From a virus (taxonomy: Duplodnaviria; Caudoviricetes), in the IMG/VR virus record IMGVR_UViG_3300037195_001448, positions 1-32,219 of that record: a stretch of 32,219 bases of DNA. One strand, 5' to 3'. The notes under the pieces were generated by a model, which saw only the letters and a list, made by a program, of their open reading frames with translations, made no database searches and was not told the DNA's origin. The stretch's first letter is position 1; every line of letters starts with the position of its first letter. The translations under genes and the position numbers were made by a program. This document shows, piece by piece, positions 9,322 to 18,024 of this stretch.

Positions 9322-9969
9322 TCAAAACAACACCCCCTGTGCAAGTCTGTTCGCAGCAATCTCACAATACTTTTCCTCGATTTCGATCCCGATTGCCTTA
9401 CGGCCAAGATCCTTTGCAGCGCGAAGAGTTGTTCCTGAGCCCATGAAAGGATCGAGAATTGTTTCGCTTGGCACCTTTTGGATCAAGTAAAGAATCAAAT
9501 CTAATGGCTTCTCACAAAAATGAGACCTACTCTTAGCGCCACGAAATTGTAAAAGTGCCGAATCTCGATTTCCGTTCAATGGCGGATTATTCCTCACTCC
9601 AATACACTCTATATCTCGCTTCCAACATGTAGCCCTATCGCCACCAATCCCGAAATCTTTGCCTTTGTGCCAAACTAAAACGGAGCGCCACTCAATAGGG
9701 ATCGGGTTATAAGGAGAGAAAAACACAACCTGGGGAAAATCTTGTAATTGAATTAAAACTCCCATCGTTACACCCAGTGTCGCATCATTTCTACACGGAA
9801 TTGCACTACGAAACAATTGCCCATGTGATGTGTGATTAATACCGTAGGGCGGATCTGTTAGAACCAAAAAATCAATTTCCAGTTCCAGTAAATCTGGCAC
9901 AATTTCCTGGCAATCCCCATGATAAATCACAATCCCATCGTCTTCGTAGTAGGGCGTCATTCCATCCAT
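9322..9969 (-). CDS. DNA N6-adenine/N4-cytosine methyltransferase, beta class
   Basis: IYHGDC, TDPPY, H..EKP, DPFMGSGTT, GIEIEEKYC motifs; visibly AT-richer than its flanks. Confidence 0.92.
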   Translation of the reverse strand: MDGMTPYYEDDGIVIYHGDCQEIVPDLLELEIDFLVLTDPPYGINHTSHGQLFRSAIPCRNDATLGVTMGVLIQLQDFPQVVFFSPYNPIPIEWRSVLVWHKGKDFGIGGDRATCWKRDIECIGVRNNPPLNGNRDSALLQFRGAKSRSHFCEKPLDLILYLIQKVPSETILDPFMGSGTTLRAAKDLGRKAIGIEIEEKYCEIAANRLAQGVLF

Positions 9970-9983
9970 TCGAATTACTTTCC

Positions 9984-10319
9984 CTACCTCATGACTTTGA
10001 GGTACCATATCCCATCCATCCGGCTCAGGATTTCCATGACGGGCCAGTCTCGCTCCGTATCCCCGCCGTGCTCGGCGAATGTAAACTTGTCTTTAACGAG
10101 CTTGATATCGTCCCGCCCATCGGTGGCGTCATCGGCGATCCATACCACGGCCCATGTCTTCCCCTTGTGCTTCCCTTCCAGGGGCTTGGCCTGCACCTCC
10201 ACTCGTGCCCAGGGGATGGTGACCTCCGCGGCCCCGTCCGGGGTGAATTTTACGTTCTGGCGGACGAAGGGATCGAGGGTGTCCTTCAGGATGATCTCGG
10301 CGTGGTCTGTCATTGCCAT
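9984..10319 (-). CDS. Head-tail adaptor / head closure protein (111 aa)
   Basis: Size, beta-rich composition and position between capsid and neck genes. Confidence 0.55.
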   Translation of the reverse strand: MAMTDHAEIILKDTLDPFVRQNVKFTPDGAAEVTIPWARVEVQAKPLEGKHKGKTWAVVWIADDATDGRDDIKLVKDKFTFAEHGGDTERDWPVMEILSRMDGIWYLKVMR

Positions 10320-10413
10320 AATCTAACCTCCCTCTCCCTCTGGGAGATGGCCGGGGTGAGGGTCGTGGGAACCTTGCAGCATGAAACGTCTATTCTAAAT
10401 CGCCTCTGCGGAT

Positions 10414-10463
10414 GCGTTGGGAGGCGAGGCGTTGGGAGGCGAGGCGTTGGGAGGCGAGGCGTT
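10414..10463. repeat. Tandem 15-mer GCGTTGGGAGGCGAG x3
   Basis: Directly visible. Confidence 0.9.
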
Positions 10464-11169
10464 AAATGCCGCAGGGTTCCCTGTTCTCCTGAAATAAATC
10501 CATCTGCCGCGTCTCGTTCTCGATTCGCTCGCAGGCGGCTTTAAAATAGTCCTCGTCGATCTCCGTGGCAGTCAGATACGCGCCGAAGTAGTGGCAGGCG
10601 ATGGCGATTGATCCGCTTCCCATGTGAGTATCCAAGATTCGGTCGCCGGGGCTGGCGTAGTTCGCCAGAATCCAGTCGTAGAGCTTCACTGGCTTCTGTG
10701 TGGGGTGGATGCGATTTCCTTGGTCTGGCCTTTTTGTGTAATCCTTCAAAATCGCGTCAAAAGAAGTCCACGCTAATTCCCCATCAGAATAAGTCCCGCC
10801 CATCTGCTTCTGCCAGTAAAGCCAACATCTTGACGGCGGCAGCAGGTCGGCAAAATAGTTCCCCCCCCAAATCACTTGATTCTCAGAAACCCTTTGAAGT
10901 TCAATGAAGTATGATTCATCGGGTCTGTCCGCATCCCATTCCTTGGGAATATACAAATCCGCTTTTTTCTTCCCGTTGCCCCGCGTTTCACCCGCTCCTT
11001 TCGCCATATTTATGCCGTAGGGCGGGTCCACAATAGCTAGGTTCCAATAATTGTCGGGAGCGTCCCGCATCAATTCCATGCAATCGCCCAGCCTCAAATC
11101 AAGAAAGGGAGAACAAGGTGCAGCAGGTAATCCCTGCCTCGCTTCGCTCGTTGTGATACCTGTGCTCAT
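10462..11169 (-). CDS. DNA N6-adenine/N4-cytosine methyltransferase, beta class, carried on an attC cassette
   Basis: GDCME, VDPPY, IWGGNYF, HPTQKP, DTHMGSGS motifs; N-terminus encoded by the attC bottom strand. Confidence 0.92.
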   Translation of the reverse strand: MSTGITTSEARQGLPAAPCSPFLDLRLGDCMELMRDAPDNYWNLAIVDPPYGINMAKGAGETRGNGKKKADLYIPKEWDADRPDESYFIELQRVSENQVIWGGNYFADLLPPSRCWLYWQKQMGGTYSDGELAWTSFDAILKDYTKRPDQGNRIHPTQKPVKLYDWILANYASPGDRILDTHMGSGSIAIACHYFGAYLTATEIDEDYFKAACERIENETRQMDLFQENREPCGI

Positions 11170-11172
11170 GCG
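10484..11172 (+). mobile_element. Integron-type gene cassette (G|TTCTCC ... attC)
   Basis: Core GTTCTCC at 10483-10489 is the exact reverse complement of GGAGAAC at 11108-11114; removing 10484-11172 restores an intact REP-like element. Confidence 0.75.
11108..11172 (+). other. attC recombination site
   Basis: GGAGAAC, 5-nt spacer, arm GCA(G)CAGGTA(A)TC pairing with GATACCTGTGC (two extrahelical bases), 6-nt spacer, G. Confidence 0.75.
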
Positions 11173-11218
11173 CTACCCTCACCCCTGCCCCTCTCCCAGA
11201 GGGAGAGGGGATTTGGGA

Positions 11219-11252
11219 AAAAACGGCGGCGACGGTATCACCGTCGCCGCCG
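11219..11252 (-). terminator. Rho-independent terminator after the capsid gene
   Basis: 13-bp stem CGGCGGCGACGGT/ACCGTCGCCGCCG followed by TTTTT on the minus strand. Confidence 0.75.
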
Positions 11253-11293
11253 CCCGGAAAACAACGTCCCAGACGGAACGTGGTTTATTTCTC

Positions 11294-12313
11294 TTATGCC
11301 GTGTCGATGTCCACGAGGACGGCCTTTCGGAAGTCGCCGAACTGGACCACCCGGTCGGACTCGATGCTGACCCGGATGCCACCGGTATTGAAGTGGTGAT
11401 CGCTGTCCGTGCCCAGGACCTTGACGGCGAAGGACTGGATCTCGCTGAGGGTCTCCGGCCGCTCGCTCTCGTTTGCCTGGGGCGGCTGAGCGCCACGGAT
11501 GAAAGCGGGCAGTCCCTGGGCTGTGTCGTCGTTACGCACGACCACCAGCTTGTCCGTCCATGTCAGAGCGACGTTGATGCTCATGCTCATAGAGAGCTGC
11601 TGGCCGGCGATGCCGCTGTTCAGGGCGACAAGGGTATTGTCCCTGGCAGCACCTCCGGAGGTGGCGAGAAGGGCCGCGCTGAATGCCTTCAGGGCGATAT
11701 CCCAATACTCGATTGGAAGCATCACATGCACGCTTTTCATGCCACGGTTCACCTTGCGGCCCTGGCTGTCTTTCTGCTGGTAGAGCTGCTTTATGCCGGC
11801 GAGGATGGCCTTTTCCATCTCGTCCGGAGTCGGGGCAGTGGCGTCCACCGCATCGTAGGTGATGGAGTTGGAGAAATTGCCCGATGCGCCGAATGAGTGG
11901 GTCGTCGAGAAATAGGTCTGCGCATCGAAACTATTGGTGCTCGTGCCGAGCTCCATCTTGGTGGTCAGCAGATCTTCCCAGTGGCGGACCGGCTCATCGG
12001 CGAAGTCGGAGATGAGGGCTTCGTTGACCCGGCCCTTGCCGAGTCTCCACTGCTTTCGGGCGAAATCCAGGGTCCCCTCATAGGGCGAAACCTCGAATGA
12101 GGTCTCGATCTCGCCAAGGGTTACCGGCTGTTTCTCGCCGTCCCATGCCCGCATCTTCGGGGTTGCGGCTGGCCAGGCGATCTCTTCGAGATCCTGGTTG
12201 CTACCCCAAATGGGGCCGGTGAAGGGCAGAATGAAGGATGATAGCTCCGCATGCTCGATTTTCTCGATCATGCGCCCGATGACGTATCGGTCGGTGAGTC
12301 GTTCGAATGGCAT
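11294..12313 (-). CDS. Major capsid protein, Mu gpT-like (339 aa)
   Basis: P.MR.W.GEK, YEGTL, FDAQTYFSTTH and D..GR.VN motifs; follows protease and decoration genes. Confidence 0.8.
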   Translation of the reverse strand: MPFERLTDRYVIGRMIEKIEHAELSSFILPFTGPIWGSNQDLEEIAWPAATPKMRAWDGEKQPVTLGEIETSFEVSPYEGTLDFARKQWRLGKGRVNEALISDFADEPVRHWEDLLTTKMELGTSTNSFDAQTYFSTTHSFGASGNFSNSITYDAVDATAPTPDEMEKAILAGIKQLYQQKDSQGRKVNRGMKSVHVMLPIEYWDIALKAFSAALLATSGGAARDNTLVALNSGIAGQQLSMSMSINVALTWTDKLVVVRNDDTAQGLPAFIRGAQPPQANESERPETLSEIQSFAVKVLGTDSDHHFNTGGIRVSIESDRVVQFGDFRKAVLVDIDTA

Positions 12314-12452
12314 CTGATTGCCTCCGGTTCATGGTTAAGCGGATGAAAAATTCGTCCGTGTCCCGTGTCCGGAGACGTTGTTTTCCGGTCTCACCCGCAG
12401 GCGGTGGCCTGCGGGTGAGGGTTTCAGGTGTCTGGTGTCGGGTGTCTGTCTG

Positions 12453-13283
12453 TTACGTTGCGATGAGTCCTTTCTCTCTGAGGGTGTCGCTCACGTCGTT
12501 GACCTTGTCGGTGATCTGGGCGATGGCTGCCCCTATATCGAGACGCAGTTGGGTTACCTCGTCCTCCAGGGTATCCAGGGCAGCGGCAGCGGTATCCAGA
12601 TCCGTCGCCGCATTGGAGGTAACGGCCACCGCACCCGATGCGTGGGCGTCGTAGTTGGTGATCGTGCCCAGGGCTGCGATGATGTCGTCGCCGGGGTCCA
12701 CTCCGCCGCTGGAATCGGTGATGGTCTCGATTGCCGCATGCTGATCCACGGCGGCCGCCCCATGGAAGCCGACCAGGTCGGCGGCTGCATCGCCGATATC
12801 GACGCCGCCGTCCAGGGATGCTGCGCCGGTGACGGTCAATCCTTCGACGGTCAGATCGTCCGTGTCTTCCGAGGTGTATTTGGCCTCAAAGTAAACGACG
12901 CACTCAGTGCCGCTCTGCCACCGGTGAATGTGGCCGACTCGTGAGTTGGTGCTCTTCGTGAGGGTGAGCGTGTCGCCGTCGCTGGCGTAGACGGGTTTCA
13001 GAACGTCCGTTGCAGCGGAAGCGCCTACCACGTCATCGACGACCAGTCCCCGTTCGGAGACGAGACAGTTGGTGTCCGTCCCCGTGCCGGAGACGTTGGA
13101 GCGCTTGGCGGTGGCAAGGCCGAGGAAGGCATCGCCGGCGTTCAGTTGGCGAGCGCCGGAATTCTCACCGACGTATGCGCCGGCGAAAATTGTGGTCGAA
13201 GTTTTGAGGGGGAGCTCGTTCAGGTGCTCCGCTCCATCGAAAATTTCCCTGTTGGGGTGTTGGTCAGCAGTCGGCTGTGCCAT
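12453..13283 (-). CDS. Head decoration / capsid cement protein with fibre-like extension (276 aa)
   Basis: TIFAGAYVG...F.G.A...VYASDG.TLT..VG pattern; sits between protease and MCP. Confidence 0.65.
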   Translation of the reverse strand: MAQPTADQHPNREIFDGAEHLNELPLKTSTTIFAGAYVGENSGARQLNAGDAFLGLATAKRSNVSGTGTDTNCLVSERGLVVDDVVGASAATDVLKPVYASDGDTLTLTKSTNSRVGHIHRWQSGTECVVYFEAKYTSEDTDDLTVEGLTVTGAASLDGGVDIGDAAADLVGFHGAAAVDQHAAIETITDSSGGVDPGDDIIAALGTITNYDAHASGAVAVTSNAATDLDTAAAALDTLEDEVTQLRLDIGAAIAQITDKVNDVSDTLREKGLIAT

Positions 13284-13348
13284 GATATGGGACCTCTATT
13301 TATGAGTGAAGGGATCGTAATTCGTGTGATTCGTAATTCAGAAGAGAG

Positions 13349-14956
13349 CTAGTCGTCCTTTTTGCCTCGGAAGTTCTGGATCATGCCGTCCTTATCGGCC
13401 TTGATGTAGGCTGCCCAGACGCTGGCCTCGCTGAACTCTGCCCGGACATCGTCCGGCTGGGCGTCGAATGCTTTCTGGACCGCTTGCTCGTCTTCCCAGT
13501 CCAGCTCCTCGATGCTCGGTTGCTGCTGCTGGCCGTGGGTCTCGTCGCCGGTGGGGGCGGGAAGGTCCGGAGCGCCGCCGAGTGCGGTGCGCTTCTCCCG
13601 GTCAGCCTCCAGGGCCGCGGTGGTGTCCGTAATATCTTCACCGTCGGCGATGCAATCGATGCCGACCTGGTGGCAGGACATGTCATTGGCGAGGGTGGCG
13701 ATATGGCGGCAGCGCTTGCGCTCGTTCTGCTGCCCGTTGGAGTATCCGATCTGCAGGCCCCGGTCGTAACCGTTCTGCTCGGCCTCGGCCTCGGCTTCGC
13801 CAATGGCGGCGTCTATTGCCTCTTCGGAGGTCTTCTCGCCTTCGGTTCGCCCCTCGGCGAGCCCTTCCTCGTGTCCCTGGACGTAACCTTCCGTCTTTGC
13901 CTCTTCGTAAACTTCGGGGAGTTCCGCTTTGAGGGTTTCAAGATCCATAATCGATGTCTCCTTTGGGTCTGGTTGGAGTTGTTGTTCGGTGATGCCGGAT
14001 ATTGACGCACCGATCTGAGGATGTGCAAGATCGTAATCGGGGCTGAGGTGTCGGGTGTCGGGTGTCGGGTGTCGGGCCGAAGACGAAGCCTGGTTTTTCC
14101 TGCGGGGGGTTCTGCCGTTCTGGAGACCTCGCAGGGTGGCCTCGAATGTTCCGATGCGGTCGGCCAGGCCCGCCCTTACTGCCCGCTTGCCTACCAGCAT
14201 GTCTCCCTGGCCAAACTTGCTGAGCACGGTTTCCTTGTCTACGCCCCTGTATTTGGTTACGGCAGAGATGAAAACATCGGCCAGGTCGTCCACCTGCTGT
14301 TGAATGATTGCCCTGCCCTCGTCGCTGGTAGGTGTGGCCCGTTTTTTCGGGGACTGGGAGCTGACGATCTCTATCTCCTCAACGCCAAGTTTTTCGTCGA
14401 ACTTCGTATAGTCCGTATAGGTGCTCACCACTCCGATACTGCCGAGCATTGCGGATGGGGCGATGACGATCTCGCCGGTGGCGGAGGGTATCCAGTAGGC
14501 GGCGCTTGCCCCCAGGAAGCTGACGTAAGAAGCGACGGGCTTTTTCCTCTGGGCTTCGTGGATGCTCTGGGCGAATTCGCCGATGCCGTCCACCTCGCCG
14601 CCTGGAGAATCGATATCCATCAGGATGGCCGTCACGTCTGAAGCCTCGACCGCCGTATTGAAATCCTCGAACATCCGATTGAGATCGGTCGCCCCGCTCA
14701 TTGCCGAGAAACCGGAAGCCCGGCGAAAGATAGGGCCTGCAATGGTCTGGATGGCGACACCTTTTCGGACGCTAACCCCCCGTGTCCCTTTCAGGCGCTC
14801 GCCCCGTTGGGCCTGCATGGCTTCCATGGGCGGCAGCTCCAGGGCCTCCCTGTAGTTGATGGGGGTGGCGTCTCTGTTAGCAATGGCAAGGATGGTGCGC
14901 AGAGCTTCCGGGTGAATGGCCCAGGGAATGGAACAAGCTAGTTCGATGGCTTTCAT
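13349..14956 (-). CDS. S49 (SppA-like) prohead protease fused to a C-terminal scaffold
   Basis: DIDSPGGEV, ASAAYWI, GSIGV, GLADRIG motifs; acidic C-terminal scaffold region. Confidence 0.92.
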   Translation of the reverse strand: MKAIELACSIPWAIHPEALRTILAIANRDATPINYREALELPPMEAMQAQRGERLKGTRGVSVRKGVAIQTIAGPIFRRASGFSAMSGATDLNRMFEDFNTAVEASDVTAILMDIDSPGGEVDGIGEFAQSIHEAQRKKPVASYVSFLGASAAYWIPSATGEIVIAPSAMLGSIGVVSTYTDYTKFDEKLGVEEIEIVSSQSPKKRATPTSDEGRAIIQQQVDDLADVFISAVTKYRGVDKETVLSKFGQGDMLVGKRAVRAGLADRIGTFEATLRGLQNGRTPRRKNQASSSARHPTPDTRHLSPDYDLAHPQIGASISGITEQQLQPDPKETSIMDLETLKAELPEVYEEAKTEGYVQGHEEGLAEGRTEGEKTSEEAIDAAIGEAEAEAEQNGYDRGLQIGYSNGQQNERKRCRHIATLANDMSCHQVGIDCIADGEDITDTTAALEADREKRTALGGAPDLPAPTGDETHGQQQQPSIEELDWEDEQAVQKAFDAQPDDVRAEFSEASVWAAYIKADKDGMIQNFRGKKDD

Positions 14957-15174
14957 GATTCGTGATCTGGAGTTGGAGTAATCGAAGGGGTGGGCCGGGG
15001 CTTCATAATCAGAGCAACGGGCAGCCCAAGGCTGGCGGCAGTCTCAGCGTTCAGCCGCTCGATGAAGTCCTTAAACTCTTGCTCGGACTCTAAGGCCGGC
15101 GGCAGAAATTCATCCATCATCGGGTCTATCTGCCGCATCTCGACTGGCCGCTGTTTGTTTAGATTTAAATGCAT
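14953..15174 (-). CDS. Small hypothetical protein between portal and protease (73 aa)
   Basis: GGAG RBS; ATGA overlap with the protease gene. Confidence 0.55.
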   Translation of the reverse strand: MHLNLNKQRPVEMRQIDPMMDEFLPPALESEQEFKDFIERLNAETAASLGLPVALIMKPRPTPSITPTPDHES

Positions 15175-15182
15175 GGGGTCTC

Positions 15183-16856
15183 CTAATTACGCACATGAAT
15201 CCCATTACCAGACGTGAGATTCCCGCCCTGCACGAGGATCATGGCTGCCATCTGGTTAACCATTTCGTTCAGGGTGGCTCCCTTGGCTTCCTCGTCTGTG
15301 GCCTCCTCGCCGACCAGTGGGCGGATTTCCTCCCGCTCTTTTTTCCACTTACGAATTGTCTCCTTGCTGCGGAGACCGAGCTGGCGATGCACCCGCTCAT
15401 AAGTAAGAAAACCATTGTTGACCATGGTCTCGTAGGCGCTGGCCTCCTTATCCGGGTCGAGAAGATCGTAGGGAGGATGGGGTGTGGCGATGCGGCCCCA
15501 GGCGATTGGGTTCTCAAAATACATGGCCGAGGTGAACCAGGCCGGGAGCTGGGGCATGCCTCGCACCGTGCGAGCGCGGACCATCTCCTCAATCGCCCAG
15601 TCCCAATGCACCTGGTCATACCGCTGCATGTAGCCCAGGTAGACAATGAATTGTTTTATCGCTTTCAACGTCATGGCTCGTGCGGTGCTGAAATTTGCAT
15701 CATTAAATAAATGCGGCCAGACCACCCCGCCAGCCATCCCGATAGTGCCCGTAACGGCATTCAGACACTCGCCCAGGAATACCCGATAGTCGTCGCTGTC
15801 CTGGCCTGGGAGGAACGGCTTCACGGTTTCGCCCGGAGCCGTCCCCATGAACGTCCCCGGCTCGAATTTGTAGTCGTAGAATCCGGGGTCTGTGGCGACC
15901 TTTGCCGGGTTCTGCAGGTCGTCCTGCGATTTCCGTTTCAGGGCCTTTATCAGCCGGTTCGGTGTGGTCGGGGATTCAAAGAAGACCATCAGACAAGCCA
16001 TAAACCACTTGCGGATCTCGTAGGCTTTCCGGGTGTTGCCGATGACCTTCAAGTCATCCAGGGCCGCGGAGAGCTCCGGGATGCCCCTGTCCTGTCCCAG
16101 CTCCTTCAACTTGGCCAGGTGGATGAACTGCACCCGGTCGAATTCGTCCCGGATGTCGATGGTCTTGAAGTTGCCGGATATGGCCGCCCTGTTCGGATCG
16201 ATGCGGTAGTAGGCTTTAATGGCCGTCCCGTCGATATCCCGCTCGAAACCGTCCTGGATGCGCTTTTCGCTGAGCTTGTCCGTGGGGGTGAGGATGTTTA
16301 TGGGTTCCAGGAGTTTGCTCCGGAACATGAACGGCTGGGTTTTCCTGCGCTCCCGCTGCACCACCTCGGCGGCGATCTCGCCACGATTGAACAGGGAACG
16401 AAAGGCGAGCTGGCGCTCCACGGTGTATGTGATGTCCCGCTTTGCCGGCCCGTTGGCGGCCCATACCTCGAATCCGTTGCTGGCCGCCTCGCACCAGTCC
16501 TCGGCCTGCTCCTCGCTGATACCCAATTGGTCAGGGTCTATATCCGCATAGGGATAGAACTCGTGGCCGGCGATTGATGCGACCAGTGACTCCACCAGGC
16601 CGGAGGCGTAGCCATTTGTCCGTGCGAGCTCTGCCATCTTGAGCTGCATCTCTTCCCGGTTCTCGCTGATGTCTTCAGCGGGAGATGCGGCCATGGATTG
16701 CCAGGTATTGGCGATCATCCGGGAGAAGGCATCGTTTCCGGCCTTCCGATTGCCTCCGGTAATGGCCTCGATGGTGGTCCGGCGGGCCCGATACTGGGCG
16801 GCCTGGTAGCGCTTGCGCTCGAAGTAGGCGGCGATTGGGGAGAAGGGGTTGAACAT
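15183..16856 (-). CDS. Portal protein, lambda family (start taken as MFNPF at 16856)
   Basis: L.R.NGYA.G, Q.RGIP.L and NFSTAR motifs, DP.KEA; the in-frame upstream extension is only repeat sequence. Confidence 0.92.
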   Translation of the reverse strand: MFNPFSPIAAYFERKRYQAAQYRARRTTIEAITGGNRKAGNDAFSRMIANTWQSMAASPAEDISENREEMQLKMAELARTNGYASGLVESLVASIAGHEFYPYADIDPDQLGISEEQAEDWCEAASNGFEVWAANGPAKRDITYTVERQLAFRSLFNRGEIAAEVVQRERRKTQPFMFRSKLLEPINILTPTDKLSEKRIQDGFERDIDGTAIKAYYRIDPNRAAISGNFKTIDIRDEFDRVQFIHLAKLKELGQDRGIPELSAALDDLKVIGNTRKAYEIRKWFMACLMVFFESPTTPNRLIKALKRKSQDDLQNPAKVATDPGFYDYKFEPGTFMGTAPGETVKPFLPGQDSDDYRVFLGECLNAVTGTIGMAGGVVWPHLFNDANFSTARAMTLKAIKQFIVYLGYMQRYDQVHWDWAIEEMVRARTVRGMPQLPAWFTSAMYFENPIAWGRIATPHPPYDLLDPDKEASAYETMVNNGFLTYERVHRQLGLRSKETIRKWKKEREEIRPLVGEEATDEEAKGATLNEMVNQMAAMILVQGGNLTSGNGIHVRN

Positions 16857-17111
16857 CCGGGGCAGGTGTCGGGTGTCAGGTGTCAGGGTAAGAAAAACCA
16901 GACCAGACCAGACCAGACCAGCGCCAGCGCAGGCGGGGAGCTTCGCAATCCCCGCCTGTTCGGCGCTGGGGAATCTGGCCAAGTGTTCAGATTATCTGAT
17001 GGATCTGCGGATATGCCCGGACGGGGCTGGGTGTCAGGTGTCGGGTGTCGGGTGTCGGGCTGAAAGATCGGCGGCCTGGAGACCACCGTGCGCAGCATGC
17101 CGTTGGCACTA

Positions 17112-17198
17112 CTAAGATTTGAAAAGGCGGCGGAAACCCCTGTAAAAGGTCACCGCAATGGCGATGAGGATATCGATAAATGCGTCAATCAGAATCAT
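17112..17198 (-). CDS. 28-aa hydrophobic peptide MILIDAFIDILIAIAVTFYRGFRRLFKS
   Basis: Read manually; ATGA-coupled to the upstream ORF; TM-like segment plus basic tail. Confidence 0.45.
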   Translation of the reverse strand: MILIDAFIDILIAIAVTFYRGFRRLFKS

Positions 17199-17506
17199 GT
17201 AAACTGTACCTTCGACACCTGCCAAACGCCACACCTGGGGCACGCCATCGTCTTGCGCACGGGCTGGTCACACCTACGGCAATAATAAACCTCGACGCCT
17301 TCTTCAGCCTCTTCCATATCCACATACATATAGCCCTGATTCCCTTCAGGATAGGGATACTTGCTCGCAATCGCTGGCAGATGGGGGGTAGCTAGAATAA
17401 TCCGGCTCAAAACACCGGGATCGTCAGGAGACCCAGGGCCAACCGCAAACCCATTTGGGAAACGCTCCATCAACTCGCTCACAGTAGTATCAGATTCAAC
17501 AATCAT
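17195..17506 (-). CDS. Accessory zinc-ribbon protein (CRRC...CPRC)
   Basis: Lower GC; between 46/47-bp direct repeats. Confidence 0.6.
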   Translation of the reverse strand: MIVESDTTVSELMERFPNGFAVGPGSPDDPGVLSRIILATPHLPAIASKYPYPEGNQGYMYVDMEEAEEGVEVYYCRRCDQPVRKTMACPRCGVWQVSKVQFT

Positions 17507-17629
17507 CGTTGTTTTCCGGTTAGGCGAGACGGCCCCTCGGCCTTTCCTGACACCTGACACCTGACACCCGACCCCAGCCCCAGAACGGCGGCCTGGAGAC
17601 CACCCGTGCGCAGCATGCCGTTGGCACTA

Positions 17630-17851
17630 CTACCCAATCGCCACCCCGATCTCCGCTGTGCCGGAGGCATCGGAATTGATTATGTTCGTAAGTTCTCGCT
17701 GGCGCTCGTAAAGGGTTGGTAAGTCGAGCATCAGGTACCGGTTGCGGTGACCCGGCCCGCCAGTCTCCTTATCTTGCACCTTCCCGGTGAGAATGCTATC
17801 GATGGCGGCCTCTACGAGGGCGAGTTCTGTTGTGGCTCGTGCGGTGGTCAT
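17630..17851 (-). CDS. Head-to-tail joining protein, gpW-like (73 aa)
   Basis: L..VEAAI..IL.G...Y...DL..L...R.EL pattern; upstream of a lambda-type portal. Confidence 0.75.
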   Translation of the reverse strand: MTTARATTELALVEAAIDSILTGKVQDKETGGPGHRNRYLMLDLPTLYERQRELTNIINSDASGTAEIGVAIG

Positions 17852-18024
17852 GGTGGTATTCGGGTGTCTGGTGTCGGGTGTCAGGAAGATCGGGACGTAG
17901 GAATAATTATAGCGTCAACTTGCGTTTGTGGTTTGCGATGGCTTCCAGTTCGTTGGGCATGGTTTTCTCCTATTTTTTCTCCCGGAGGAAAAGTTCTTCG
18001 CGGGCCGGTTTTCAGAAACAAACG

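Noticed and set aside
16857-16982. N-terminal extension of the portal in the ORF track
   Set aside because: Encodes (CCAGA)n and heptamer repeat sequence; the ATG at 16856 is more plausible.
17519-17525. GTTAGGC core suggesting a second attC cassette (also GTTAGGG near 27889)
   Set aside because: No matching inverse core or attC stem with correct spacing found nearby.
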